From Camelus dromedarius (Eukaryota), in assembly GCF_036321535.1 (NCBI RefSeq), contig NC_087437.1, positions 63,986,001-64,050,000 of the forward strand: a DNA stretch of 64,000 bases, written 5' to 3'. Each line of letters begins with the position of its first letter. Positions within the stretch are counted from its first letter, which is position 1. The notes beneath the pieces are model-generated. The model made no database searches. It was not told the DNA's origin and worked only from the letters and a program-made list of their open reading frames with translations. Below, piece after piece: positions 14,215 to 28,500 of the stretch. Position numbers and translations under genes: made by a program.

Positions 14215-14382
14215 TTTTTGTACTGTTGTTTTTGGGTTTATTTATTTATTTATTTGGTGGGGAGTAATCAGGTTTATTAATTTATTCATTCATTGATTTA
14301 TTTAATGGAGATACTGGTGATTGAACCCAGGACCTCGTGCATGCTAGGCATGCACTCTACTACTGAGCTATATCCTCCCCCC
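14215..14382 (-). mobile_element. tRNA-derived SINE (Vic-1-like)
   Basis: Minus strand GGGGGGAGGATATAGCTCAGTAGTAGAGTGCATGCCTAGCATGCACGAGGTCCTGGGTTCAATC (pol III A/B boxes) with A-rich tail; TSD ggatggcca at 14206 and 14384. Confidence 0.85.
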
Positions 14383-15219
14383 TGGATGGCCACTCTTGAG
14401 AGGAAAAATATTACCATTTTAATGTGTTGATCAATACCTATTTAAGAAATAAATACTATTCTATACAAATGAAATATCTGTACTAAGCTTCTAACACTTG
14501 CCTCTTGCCCTTGGAGTACTCTTTTATAGTGACACTATACCATTTATAAATTATTTCAAAATGACCAGAAACATTTTCAAGGCATGAAAACAAATGACAA
14601 GCCTCCTTTAACAAGGACAAGGCGTGCATTATGCTGAAGGACAGGCTGGAGCTATGCCAAATCACTGCGAGGGAAAATTCTCAAGTGGAGATTCTCCCAC
14701 TCCCACCCCAACCCCGTTCCCAGGACCTGTGGGAATGGTTACCAAGAAAAAACTATCTGCACACATGAGGATGACACTTTGTAAAGACAAACTGAACAAG
14801 GTATTTAATCCATCTTAATGTATTATGTTATATATATATATTTTTATTCCAGTAAAACAGATTTTAGATCCACTGTTATCCACAAATGCTTACTTCACAC
14901 TTCAGTTTGGCACTGTGATAGGTACTATGAGGTATACAGTGGATTTGGAACAGTAAGAAATGAAGAAATGAGAGGCAATGTAGAAAAGAATTATTTTGCT
15001 GAATCCAAAACAGTGTCACCTGGTCATTTTTTGTTTTGTTTTGCTATTACTGTCTTCTGCTACAATGATTTTAATTAGTCTCCTTGAGCCCAATAATAGC
15101 ATTTTCATGACAAAATTAAATTTTTCATATATCAAGAATTAATGGAGAGTTTACAAAAGTTCCTTAAGAAGTAAGAGTAAATTCCTTGGAACTAAAAAGC
15201 TACTGGTTATAGTGAATTA

Positions 15220-17000
15220 ATATATTTATTCAGCAAATACTTTCTGGCATGATTCTTTGTAAGATGCTGGGTTTTAGAGAATTGAAAAAATGAATTACAC
15301 AATCTGTCCTCAAGGCATTTCTAGTTTTTAAAGGTAAACAGACAGATAAACACATGAAAGTCATAAGCATTCTAAACTAAAAGAATTAAGGAATTCTGAA
15401 GAGGAAAGATAAGTAGGGGAGAGGTGGTGACATAGGAATGGTAAGAGAATCAAGGAAGATCTTTAAAGATGGTTAAAATTTAGACAGATACAAATGGGAA
15501 GAACTGCATTTCATGCAGAGAAAAGCATCTGAGGAGCCTGGAGATGGAAATGGGAGAAGCAAATAATAACAGCATCAACAAAAACTACTACTACTCCTTC
15601 TACTAAACCTTCTAATAGTGGCTGCTCTCAACGTGCTTTATGTACATGATCTCATTTCATCCTTCCAAGAACCAACCCTATGCAGGAGACACTATAATAA
15701 TCCCCAGGTTTTTCAGACAGGAAACTAAGGTTTAGGGGGATTGTGTAATTTGCCCAATTTGAGAAAAGAAACTGGGATTTAAATCTAGGTAACCTGACTC
15801 TAGAACTCACGCTCTTAACCACTTTGCTGTTGGGCACTGCTACTGGTTTTGTTTCACTTAAAAAGATGTTTATAAGAGTAGGAAGAAATAAGGACAGAAA
15901 GGAAGGCTATAAAGCAAATTAATTAACAGACAGTGTGAACTATGACGCTAAAAATTTATGGGCAAATTGGACAATGGGGAAACACAGAAGAGCAAGAAAT
16001 TGCTGATTAAAGCTGTGCTTAAAAATATTTATTAGTGGGTTGTAAAGAGATAGAAAGTAGAGATAAATATTATTTTCTTACTGCCTTCTCACTAGGCATA
16101 CACTGTCCCATTTAGCCTTCAAAATGGGGTACTTCATGAGGTAGGAATGACTAACTTCTGTGTCTGAATTTTCTCATCTATGAATTGAGGTTAAATAATT
16201 TGTTATAAGTCAGATAGCTAGTAAGTGCCATCTTCACAATTAGCACTTGGGTCTGAAAAGCCCATGCTCTTTCTACAATTCTGCACTAGGAAGTTCATGA
16301 GGGAGTCACTGCCAAAGACTGACTGAAATAAGGGCTGAATTAGGACAGTGACAGTAGAAACAGAGAAGAAAGAAGTTAGAGAGATTACAGGAGTAAAAAC
16401 TATTAGACTTGGCAACTAACTAGATGTGGGACACAAAAGAGAAAAAAAATCAAGGAAAATGCCAAGGTTTGAAGTGTGGGTGACTGAAAAGATAAGGTGC
16501 TCTTACAGACCCAGTGGAAGAAATTCATGTTTGATTGAGAATGGGACATTTTAAACATATCAAACTTGAAGTGATGGTGAATCATGTTTAACAAGCAACT
16601 GAAGAATGTAAGAGCAGCAGGACTGAAGGAACATATGAGGTCTGCATGTGATGGGAAGGGTTTGGATGAGATTACAAAGGAAAGAAGTGGGCCAAGACAA
16701 ATCTTTGGTAAACACTACCTGTACAGGGAGGAAGACGAGGCAGGGGAGACAGATGTAGAACAACGAGAAGAGTGAAGAGCCACAGAAGTCTAGGAAGGGG
16801 AGACCATCAAGAAGAAAGATGCAGCTTATGATGCCTGTAGACAGGCCAAAGACAATTTGAACTGAAAAAAAAAAAAAAAGATTTACTGATTAAGAGATCG
16901 GGTTTTGAACCTTTATAAAATAGTTTCAGAAGAGTGGTTGAAGGCAAAATTCAGCCTGTAAGAGGTTAAATAACTGATGAAGGTAAGAGATAGAAGCATA
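15220..17000. mobile_element. L2 fragments (minus) with a MIR at about 15610-15835
   Basis: tttattcagcaaatactttctggc L2 tail; MIR core acaggaaactaaggtttagggggattgtgtaatttgccc. Confidence 0.55.
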
Positions 17001-17710
17001 GTGAATACTAGTGCAGTTAAAGGAGAAAAAAAACAGGATGACAGCCTGACAGATATAACAGGATTGAAAACAAATTATTCTTCCCCTGTAATGGGGTGTA
17101 GAAGGGAGATTTTAATACATTTATGGGTGGAATAACAAAATTCAGTGAAGAATAGAAGAATCAAGAGAAAGGAAAAATAACTGGTGAAAAAGAGTACCAG
17201 AACATTCACGGTGAGTATCCAAAAAGATGGTACCATTCTAACCCTCAAACCCCATCATAATATAACAGTGCCTATGCTCTGAGTCAAAGTTCAGAAGGTA
17301 CAGTCATTCAATTATGCCCAAATATCTGAAGAAAGAGGTTTTGGAACATAAGAGAGATTTTTCAGGTCAGTTCTATCTAAATGAGCATAATGTACTATTT
17401 AATTCTGACTAAATGAGACTACTCGTATGATACAAAAATACACTCTTCTTTTCATTATGAGGCCCTTCCTTGTCATCACCACCTGTCAAAAGCCTGCATG
17501 TCCTTCAAGGCTCCAAGAGCTAGAACTGTTACTTCCTTTTTACCTCTTTTGGAGCATGTATTACATTCTACCTTGTATTTTACATATTGGCTTTTATTTT
17601 CTTTTCCCATCTTGAAAGCGTATAATGTGCTTTATTATCTTTATAAAATGTCGAACCACATTTAGCATAATAGTCTGGAGAAAAAAAGCAATAAATACCT
17701 GTTAGATTGG

Positions 17711-17729
17711 TGTGTGTGTGTGTGTGTGT
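17711..17729 (+). repeat. (TG)n microsatellite
   Basis: tgtgtgtgtgtgtgtgtgt; shorter runs also near 7663, 23570 and 44057. Confidence 0.85.
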
Positions 17730-17934
17730 AAGAGAAACAGACCGGGAAATCTATCTCCCTTGCAGGGCACCAGGGAATATAGCAGCATTTTCAGTCAACT
17801 CACAAACTGTCTAGAAAATTACACAGATTGAAAAAAGGCTGATTAATCAAGTATTTATCCTAAAAACAGAAGCATCAAAGAAACTGAGGAAAGTACATTA
17901 AGTTCAGGGTTTGTGAAGTTTTTTTAAAAAAATA

Positions 17935-19140
17935 AAAGGATATAAAATTTAAAATATTAACAATATTAAATGCTGGTGAGGATACAGAGCAATCAAAACT
18001 CTCATACATTGCTTGCGAAAATATAAAATGGTACAACTACTCTAGAAAACTGGCAGTTTCATAAAACGTTAAACATGCACCTAATCTTTGATCTAGCAAT
18101 TCCATTTCTAATACTTACTCAAGAGAAATGAAAACAAATGTCAGCAAAAGATGAAAGTTTTAATAGATTTATTTATAATAACCCAAAACTGGAAACAAGC
18201 TAACGCCCAATGTTCATCCACACCGGATAAACTGTAGTATGTTCATACAATGACTATTACTCGGCAATAAAAAGGAACAATTTACAGAGATGTGCAAAAT
18301 ACACGTGACATTGTGTTAAGCAAAAAAAGCTGAACACAAGAACCATACTATATAATCTTGTTTATATAAAGTACTAAAACAAATAAAACTGACTTAAAGT
18401 GAAAAAAATCTGAACAATGGCTGTCTGGAGTAGGGCAGAGATTGGGAAGGGACACAAAGGAACTTTCTGGGGAGATGGAAATGGTCTATATTGTGATAGA
18501 AGCATGTACTAATTATGGTTTTTTTAAACTCTATATTGACAGAGTAAATCTTGGGGCCTTGCTGACATCAAAGGAGTGCCTCTCCCCAGCCTATCTAATC
18601 CCTAGAGACAGCAAACAATCCATCTGCAAGAGTGCCTTTCCTAAGCAAAAGCCCCTAATCCAGAGCGCACACTCCTAACTACCTGCTCTATGACATTCTC
18701 ACACTCAGGGACACTGTTCTCCTGCCAGAATCACCCTAGGGTCAGGTATCAGACAAAGAGACAGCCCTATGTCCCACTGCTCACTGAAAGTATTCAAACT
18801 AGCCAATCCTAAACCTACTTACTCTGCCTCTCCAGTTCCTTCCTGGGGAAATCACAATAAAGGCTCTTGCCCACATTTCCCTCCTGCTCCTTTGCCTCCT
18901 GTCACTGGTACTTCCCCATGTGGCTGCTGGTGGTGTGCTCTCTTTTCTTGAGATCCATGAGTATGATAAACTATCTTTGCAATGGCAGTTGCCTCCTAAT
19001 CTGTTGGCCTTGCCATAACTGAGTAATAATAAAATCTGTATTTTTGAAACAGAGTGTGGTTTATACAACTGTATCCATTTGTTGAAACCATACAGCAAAG
19101 ATGTGTGCATTTCAGCACGTGCAAATTTCCCTTAAAAAAG
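17935..19140 (+). mobile_element. Old L1 3' fragment (L1MC/ME-like) split by a MER74-like LTR
   Basis: tgctggtgaggatacagagcaatcaaaactctcatacattgc...; the L1 sequence resumes after 19052. Confidence 0.7.
18505..19051 (+). mobile_element. Solo LTR, MER74-like (ERVL class)
   Basis: TG...CA termini; tcttggggccttgctgac, tattcaaactagccaatcctaa and cacaataaaggctcttgccc resemble recalled MER74. Confidence 0.75.
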
Positions 19141-19147
19141 AAAGACT

Positions 19148-19295
19148 TGTGGGAGGTGCAAACTACTGGGTATAAGATAGGCTCAATGATGTATTTATTA
19201 TACAACACGGGGAATATAGCCAATATTGTGTAATAACTGTAAATGGAAAGTAACCTTTAAAAATTGTGTAAAAAATAAATTAAGAAAAAGAAAAA
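19148..19295 (+). mobile_element. L1 3'-end fragment with A-rich tail
   Basis: tacaacacggggaatatagccaatattgtgtaataactgtaaatgga. Confidence 0.7.
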
Positions 19296-19989
19296 ACTAA
19301 AAATTATCAAGTGGATGAGTGGGGAGTGGGTGGAGGTATAGAGGAAACAAGAATGTCAAAATGTTATTACAGTTGGGTGATGGGTACATAGGGTTAATTA
19401 CACTATTCTATTTACTTTATGTTTAAATTTTTCCATAAAAAAGTGTTTAAAAAATAAAACAAAAAAAGTAAAAGTAGGACTTAGTATGTAACATATTGAC
19501 CCCAGCAGAACATCTGTAGACTTCAGAAAATAATAATATGGAAAAAATAATAATATGGAAAAAAAAATTCATGCCAGACTGTGGGGAGACAGGTCACAAG
19601 ATTAGGAAGAGAAAAAAAAAGTCAAGAAACACAAGAAAAAGAAATAAAAAGTAAGATATTGTAATAGAGGGAAAGGTCTGCAAAATAATGCTTATCAAAT
19701 AACTATTAACCAGATTTCAAAATAAAGTAAATAATTTTAATTAGGAAAGAAAACTGTAAAACAGGAAAATATATTTAAACTGGGAAACTACAGAAAATAT
19801 TATGCAGGCTTGGTCTGAATTAAAAGCAAATAAAGTTAATATTAAAATAATTTCTAATCATGAATTATCTTTAAAACTTCTCTTTCTTAAAGCTTTTCTT
19901 TCTCTTTCTTAAAACAATAACAAATCCCAGATTCTCCCCATTTTCCAAGTATCTCCTATTTGGTGATCCAGGTTAACACTGCAATCTAC

Positions 19990-21400
19990 AGCTCAGAGTG
20001 GAGACTTACAGAAATGAAGTAACACATGGAGTTTCCTACAGAGCCTGCTTCCTAGTAGGTCAAGTTGGACCTCTACCCCCAAATGAAGGTAATTCTCCTG
20101 AATCCTAAGTGTGTATATTAACGGACAGATACTCTTAGCAATTGCCAGATCTGTGGAATGGTTAAAACTATCAGAAAAGGAAAGTCCAAAGGAAGTCTTG
20201 AGGCTCACTCAACCCAAATATCATCAAAATGTTAATCCCTAGGGTGAACTGCAGAGAATGGTGCCACCATCCAAGGCTTATTTAAAAAGATGCAGGGATA
20301 GTGATTCCTACCATACTCCTTTTAACTCTCCAATTTGTCTCCAAAATGGATGCATCTTAGAGAATGACAACAGATTACTGTAGGTTCCAACTGCACATGC
20401 TTTTTCAGATGCAGTCTCCATGTGGAACAAATCAATTAACTCCCTGGCATGTAGGTACCAATTTTCAAACACTTTTTTCACTATCCTAAAAAACAGAGAA
20501 AATCAGAAGCATTTTGCTTTTACCTAACAGAGATATCAGTACATTTACAGTTGATATTGCCACTAGGTTATATCAACTCTGTGCCAGTGGTTAGTCTATA
20601 GCAGAGGCTGGCAAATCCAGCCTAGCACCCATTTTTGTAAATAAAGTTTTATTGCAACACAGCATCACCTTTTTTACATATTGCCTATGGTTGTTTTCAT
20701 ACTACACAGGACAGCTGAGTAGTTGTAACAAATACCATATGGTCTATAAAACCTAAAATATTTACTGTCCGGGCTTTCCAGAAAAAGTTTGCTGCCTCTT
20801 GGCTTACAGGGACCTAATATCTTAATACCTCATAGAACACTATATTAATCTACTTCACTGATGACTTTATGCTCATAGGACCTAAAGAACAAACAGTATA
20901 TGCCTTAGGTTAGATAACCTGGGATGATACATATATGCCAGAGAGTGAAAAGTAATTACAAAATTATAGAAGCCTACCACCTCAGTCAAGTTTCTGGTGT
21001 TTAATGGTCTAGAGTACACTGAAAGTAAAGATCAAGTTTCACCTTGCAACCCATACCACTAAGAAAAGATACACTGCTTAGTATGCCTTACTAGATTTAT
21101 GTATGCTGCTCCAGTAGGTTTATTAAATGACAATGGTTGAGGAGGGCCGAAAGCAACAAGAAGGATCTAGGCTTCAATACAGGACATTATGACACTCTGT
21201 TTGTATGAGCCATGGATCCAATGGTGATCAAAATATCTGTGGAAAATAGGGATGATGTTTTCAGCCTGTAGCAAACCTGGAAAGAAGAATCATAAAAGAG
21301 GCTCCGGGGTTTTGAAGCAGTGACATGGCCCTTAGGCAAAAACTGTTTTCATTTTGAGAAGTAGTTCTTGGTTGCTTGTTAGCCACAGCAGAACCTAGTG
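19990..21400 (+). mobile_element. Degenerate ERVL pol-like internal sequence
   Basis: Remnants such as aaagatgcagggatagtgattcctacc, ttttaactctccaattt and agaatgacaacagattact recall the ERVL RT region; no intact ORF. Confidence 0.6.
20600..20803. mobile_element. MER58-like hAT-Charlie MITE
   Basis: cagaggctggcaaa...tttttgtaaataaagttttattgcaacacagc...gaaaaagtttgctgcctcttg. Confidence 0.8.
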
Positions 21401-21409
21401 GCCCTACCA

Positions 21410-23430
21410 CAAATACCAGATATATATGATAAAGCCCAAAGCAACCATAAAAACAAACAAATGAAACAATGAGGCATAATAAGCCAAAAAAGAACAGAAA
21501 ATGGCTCAAAACTTACCAATACAAACAAAGGCAGAAAAAGAGAAAAGTGATCAAAACAAACAGAAAACAAATAGCCAAGATGGTAGATTTAAACCCAACC
21601 ATATCAATAATGACATTAAATGTAAATGGTCTAAATACCTAAATAAAAAGGCAGATTGGATTTTCTAATTGGATTTCTTTTCAAAAGACCCAACTGCATG
21701 CTACTTTTAGATGAAACCAGTTTCAATACAGACACCAAAAGGTTAAAAGAAAAAAGATAGTAAAAGACGTATCATTCCAACACTAATTTTAAAAAAAGAA
21801 GATGTAATAGCTATATTAATAAAGTAGATTGCAGAGCCAAGAATATGACTATACAGAAGGTAATTCAAAGTGACAAAGGAGTATATGTACCAAGAAAACA
21901 AAACAATCCTAAATATTTATAAGATTTAAGATATACAAAATAAAAATAGCCCTAAAGGAGAAAAACAAATTCACAAATATAGTCAGAAATTTCAACACCC
22001 CTTTCTCAATAATTGATAAAAGTACAGAAAATCAAAAAGATACAAAAGACTTGAACAACATCAACCAACTTGATCTAAATGATATTTATCATTAATATTG
22101 ATATTGGGTGACCATCTATCCAATAATAGTAGAATATACATTCTTTTCAAATGAATGCAGAAAAATGACTAAGACCTTATTTTGGGGGAATAAAATAGAT
22201 CACAATAAATGTAAAAATGTTAAAGTCATACAAAATTTGGTATCTGGCCACAATGGAATTAAATTTGAAATCAATAACAGAAAGATATCTGGAAAATCTC
22301 TAAATATTTAAAACTATGTTATATATACCTAACAAACCCATAGATCATGAAAGAAGTCAAAAGGAAAATTAAAAAGCATTTTGAACAGAATGAAAGTGAA
22401 AATACAATCCATTAAAATGTATGAAATGTAGCTACATCAATATTCAGCGGGAAATACAAAGTACCAAATGCCTGTATTAGAAAAGAAAATTCTGAAACAA
22501 ATGACCTCAACTTCCACCTTAATAACTAGAAAAAGAAAAGCACTTAAACCCTAAGGAAGCATAAGAGAGGGAGTAATAAAGATCAGAACATAAATCATGA
22601 AAGAGAAAACAAAAACAATAAAAAAAAGAAAGCAAAAGCTGGTTCTTTAAAAAAATCAATAAAAATTATAAACTCTAATAAGACTGATGCCAAACCTTAT
22701 GCAAAAAAATTAAATAACTTAGATGAAATGGACAGATTCCTTAAAAGAAACAAACTGCTAAAACTCACTCAGGAAGAAACAGATAACTTGAATAACCCTA
22801 TATTCACCAAGTAAATTGATTTGTAGTTAAAAACCTTCTCAAAAAGAAAACTTGAAGCTAGAAAGGCTTCACTGTACTAAATACTTAAAGAAGAAGAAAT
22901 AAAAATTAGACAGAAACATTTCTCAATTTTTGAAGAGGGAATATCTCCCCAATTTATTCTATGAGGCCGGCTTTATCCCAATAGCAAAACCAGACAATAG
23001 CATCACAAAAGAGGAAAATTACGAACCAATTCCCTCATGAACACAGATACAAAATATCTTAACAAAATTTTAGCAAATTAGATCTGACAATATATAAACA
23101 GGATAATACATAATGACCCAGAGGGTTTATGACAGAACTACAAGGTGGATTTAACATTTGAAAAGCAATCAAGTAATTTACCACATAAAAACTTTAAAAA
23201 GAAAAACCATACAATCATCTCAATAAACGCAGACAAAGCATTTGACAGGAAACAACTTCAGTTTCTATGAAACAACTCATCAAACTGGGAATATAAGGGA
23301 ATTTTCTCAACCTGGTAAAAAGGCATCAATACAAACTCTTAAGTTAACATCATATTTAACTGTTTAAGACTGAATGTTTTCCCTGCTAAGATCAGAATCA
23401 GGAACAATGCAAGGATATCCACTTTTAATA
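21410..23430 (+). mobile_element. Degenerate L1 ORF2 (endonuclease to RT), A-rich sense strand
   Basis: acattaaatgtaaatggtctaaat (ORF2 start region TLNVNGLN); ORF 22108..22311 SGHNGIKFEINN; gcagacaaagcatttgaca. Confidence 0.88.
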
Positions 23431-24284
23431 CTTAATTCTTTCTGGTCACTTCTGTTAAGCATAGAATTCTGTTTGCAGTTATTTTCTTTTATCCTTTAGA
23501 AGATATCATTCCCCTGGATTGATACCTGTCCCCTGGCTTCCATGATTCCTGAGATCGTGGGTGGGTGGGTGTGGGTGTGTGTGTGTGTTTCTAATGATTT
23601 GCATTCACATAGTCTAGTCTATTCAAGAGCCTCTTACTTATGATTATTTGCCATTCTATTTTCAAAATCTTGCTGTAGACATAACTTGAAGGTTGTGAGG
23701 CTATTTCTTCCAGGAAATGTATCTGTTTGCTTCTGTCAGGATCTTTGGAGCAAAGCACTGTGTAATCAGCTCAATCCAATTTTAGAGACCAATATGATTC
23801 AAAACTAAGCTACAGTACTGAAAAAGTCTGTCTATTTTGCATTCCTGTCTACCCATATTCCTAGAGTGCAGACATGCAAGATCCTAACCCAAAGCTGAAG
23901 GGTTGCTCATGAGATTCACCATCTTGGTGAGTCCTGCTCTCTAATCCCAGTCTCCCTAGTCTTGAGAGGCTGTCAGTAGTTCCCTCCAGAACTGGTGAAA
24001 GTCTCAAAGGGAAAAATAGCATCCAAACATTGGGCTCATCTCCCTGAGCCTCCATCCTCCTCTGTATCCTGGAAACTCCTAGTAATTTTGTTGGATCTCC
24101 AAGGACTTCAGGAAGATTATATTTTAGATTGAATTCTATATTATACCTATATATTCTATAGAATACATACATTCCATTTAGCTTTTCTACATGTATTTTG
24201 TGGGACTATTGGTCTGAATTACCTATTCCACAATTACTGGAAGTCTTCAAAGTAATAACCCTTTCATTTATTACTGATTTTAAA

Positions 24285-27200
24285 AATTAAAATATAATCC
24301 AAAAACAGTAATTCACCCTTCTAAAGTGTACAATTCAGAAGTTTTTAGTATATTCAGAGTTGTACAACCATCATCATCATCCAATTCCACAACATTTTTT
24401 TCATCCAAAAAAGAAACCTCATAACCATCAGTAGTCACTGTCTACTTTTCTCCAGCTCCCGTCAACCTCTAATATACTTTCTGTCTCTATGGATTTGCCT
24501 ATTCTGGACACTTTGTATAAATGGAATCACAAATATGTGACCTTTTGTATCTGGCTTCCTTCATGTGGCATAACATTTTAAACTTCATTCATGTTGTACA
24601 ATGTATCAGTACTTCATTCCCTTTTATTGCTTAGTAATATTCCATTGTATGAATATATCATATTTTGTCTATTCATTCATCAGTTGATGGACATTTGGGT
24701 TATTTCCACTTTTTAGGTGTTACAAATATTCACGTACACATTTTTGTTTACGCATATATTTTCAATTTCTGGGGTATATATCTGGAAGTAGAATTGCCAG
24801 GTCATATGGTAACTCTGTTTACCCTTCAGAGAACTTCCAAACTATTTTCCAAAGCAGCTGCACCATTTTACAACCCCACCAGCAATGTAAGAAGATTCCA
24901 ATTTCTCCACAACCTTGCTTATGCTTGCTATGTCTGTCTTTTTTATTACAGCCATCCCAGTGGATGTGAAGTGCTATCTCCTTATCATTTTGCTTTGCAT
25001 TTTACTAATGACTAATAATCTTGAGCATGTTTTCATATGCTAGTCAGCTGCATATCTTCTTTGTAGAAATGTATCTTCAAATCTTTTTCTCATTTTAAAA
25101 TTGGATTGTCTTGAGTTGTGTTACTTGTATATCCTGGACATGAGTCCCTTAGAAGATATATGATTTGCAAATATTTTCTCCATGTCTAGGAATTGTCCTT
25201 TCACTTTCTTGATGGTGTCTATTGAAGAACAAAATTTTAAATTCTAATGAAATCCACCTTATCTATTTTTTTCATTGTATTTTCAGTGTCAAATCTGAAA
25301 AAAAATTGCCTAATACAAAGCCACAAAGATTTACACCTATGTTTTCTTCCACGAGCTTTATAGTCTTAGCTGTTAAATTAGGTCTTTGATCCATTTTGAG
25401 TTAGTTTTAACATATTTTGTGAGGTAGGGGTCTAACATTTTTCTTTTGCATGTGGACATCCACTTGTCCCTGTATCATTTGCTGAAAAGACTATTCTTTC
25501 ACCATTGCTTTGGCATCCTTGTTAAAAATGAATTGATCAAAATGTAAGGGTTTCTTTCTGTACTCTCAATCCTATTCTGTTGATCTATATGTGTATCCTT
25601 ATGAAAACTGCATAGTCTTGATTACCTAGCTTGGAAGTAAGTTTGGAAGAGTGAGCCCTCCAACTTTGTTCTTTTTCAAGATTATTTTGACTATTCTTGG
25701 TCACTTGTATTTCCATATGAATTTAAGGATCAGCTTGTGAATTTCTGGGAAAAAAAAAAAAAGACCACAGGAATTTTCATAGAGATTTCACTGAATCTAT
25801 CAACTGAGGAGTAGAGCCATTATAATACTGTTTTCTAATTCATGAACACAAGGTCTACTTTACTTTCCATTAATTTAGATCTTCTTTAACTTCTTACTAT
25901 GGTTTTGTAGTTTTCAGCATATGGGATTTTTTCCTTCTTTTCAGTTGCAAATGACAGAAAGTATAATCTGTCTTGTTCTGGCCAGCAGTTGCTAAGATTT
26001 TCTTAATTACATTTTCAGATTGTTCATTGCTAGTATTTAGAATACAACTGATTTGTGTATTTTGATCTTGTATCCTACAATCTTGTTAGATGCATCAGTT
26101 TAATACGTTTTTAGGGGATTATTTAGGATTTTCATATGAGAATAGTTATTTTCTCTCTGCAATCTAGATGCCTTTTTTTCTTTTCCTTGCTTAACTGCCC
26201 TGACTAGAACCTCCAGTAAAATGCTGAATAGAAGCAGTAACAGCAGACATCCTTGCCTTGTTCCTGATCTTAAGGGAAAGTATCTGGTCTTTCATCATTA
26301 AGTATGAGGTTAGCTGTGGGGTTTTGTGGATACCTTTTATCAGGCTGAGGAAGTTCCTTTCTATTTCTAGTTTGTTGAGTGTTTTTATCATAAAAGGCTG
26401 TTGGATTAATCAAAAGCTTTTTCTTCATCTATTGAGATGATCATGTGGGTTTTTTAAATTCTACTGATACTGTGTATCACAATTGGTTTTCAGATGCTAA
26501 ACCAACCTTGCAGCACTGGAATAAATCCCAATTGGCCATGGTGTATAATAGTTTTTATATGTTGCTGGATTTGGTTTTCTAGTATTTTGTTGAGGATTTT
26601 CGTGTCCATATTCATAAAAGATGTTGGTCTGTAGTTTTCTTGTGATGTCTTTATTTGGTTTTGGTACTAGGATAAGACTGCCCTCATAAAATGAGGTGAA
26701 AAGTATTCCTTCTCTTCTATTTTTGGGAACAGTTTGTAAAGAATTGGTTAATTCTTTAACTATCTGACAAAACTCACCAGTGAAGCCATTGGATGTGGAA
26801 TTTTCTTTGTGAGTAGTTTTTTATTACTAATTTAATCTCTATTCTTGTTGTAAGTCTATTCAGATTGTCTATTTCTTCTTGAGTTAATTTCTGTAGTTTG
26901 TGTATTTCTAAGAATTTGTCCATCTCATCAAAGTTTTATAACTCATTTGCATACAATTATTCATAGAATTCCTTTAAAATCCTATATTCTGTAAGGTTAG
27001 TATAACGTCCCCTCTTTCATTTCTGATTCTTGCAATTTCTTTTTTTCTTGGTCTATCTAGCTAAAGGTTTGTAAACTGTGTTAATCTTTTCAAAGAACCA
27101 GCTTTTGATTCCATTGATTTTCCTCTATTGTTTTTCTACTTCCTATTTCATTTATTTCTGCTTCAATCTTTATTATCCCCTTCTTTCTATTTGCTTTAGG

Positions 27201-28500
27201 TTTAACATTTTTCTTTTAATGTCATTTGCAGCAACATGGATGGATCTGGAGATAGTCTAAGTAAGTCAGAAAGAGAAAGAAAAATACCATATGGTATCAC
27301 TCATGTGGAATCCAAAAAAAGAAAAAAAAAGACACTAATGAATTAACCTACAAAACAGAAACAGACTCATAGACATAGTAAATCATCTTCTGGTTACTGG
27401 AGGGTAAGCGGGTGGGAAGGGATAAAGTTTGGGTCTTGGTTTCAAGCATTAAGAACTTCCTTTAGTACTTCCTTAGGGTGAGTCTGTCAGCAATAAATTC
27501 TCTCATCTTTTGGTTAACTGAAAATATCTTTATTTCACCTTCTTTTTGAAAGATAGCTTTGCTAGACAGAGGATTCTTGGTTGAGGTTTCTTTTTTTCCC
27601 CCTTTGAATATTTTGAATGTTATCCCACCAACTTCTTGCTTCCATTGTTTCTGTTGAGAATCCAGTTGTCAATCTTGTTGTGATTCCCTTGTAAGTGACA
27701 AGTTGTTTTTTTCTTTCTGCTTTCAAGATTTTCTCGTATTTGTCTTTCAGCATTTTTAATATGATTCACCTATTTGTGGAATTTCAAGTTGAATACATGT
27801 AAGAGATCCTTACGTGTAGATACATATATCCTACTTGGAGTTCCTTGAGCTTCCTGGAGGAATAAGTGGAAACTCTTTAGCCATTATTTCTTCAAATACT
27901 TTTTCTGCTCCTTTCTCTCCTTTTCTTCTGATACTCCCATCATGCATATAGTGCCCCACATTTTTCTGAAGTTCTGTTCTTTTTTTTTTCCATTCATTTT
28001 TCTCTGTTTTTGAATTACATAATCTCTATTGATCTATCTTCAAGTTTGCTAACTCTTCAGCCATTTCAAATCCACCGTTGAGCCCAACTAGTGAATTTTT
28101 TTTTCAGTTGTACTTTTCAAATCCAGAATTTCCATTTGGTCCTTTTTCCTTATAATTTCTATCTCTTATTACTACTATGTGATATGACATCATCATCATA
28201 CCTTCCTTACTTCTTTAATCATGGTTTCCTTTAGTTCTCTGAAGATAAACATAATGGCTACTTTGAAGTCTTTGTTAAATTTGACATCAGATCACTCTTA
28301 CAGCCAATTTCTTTTGCCTGCCTTACCCCCTCACTCTCCCCAATGTATGAATTACACTTTCCTCTTCTTTTGCATGTTCTGTAAATTTTTTTGTTAGAAA
28401 CTGGACATTTTAGGTAACATATTTTAGCAACTCTGGGTACTAATCCACTTCCTCTCCCCCAGGGTTTGCTATTGTTATTTGTTTGTTTACTTGTTTCCTG
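24285..28500 (-). mobile_element. Large degenerate L1 (3' UTR, ORF2 and ORF1 remnants) with an opposite-orientation L1 3' fragment at about 27219-27430
   Basis: ORF 26191..26391 MIKTLNKLEIERNFLSLIKGI (ORF2-like); ORF 27562..27753 EKILKAERKKQLVTYKG...FSTETMEAR (ORF1-like); + strand atgtcatttgcagcaacatggatgga insert. Confidence 0.88.
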
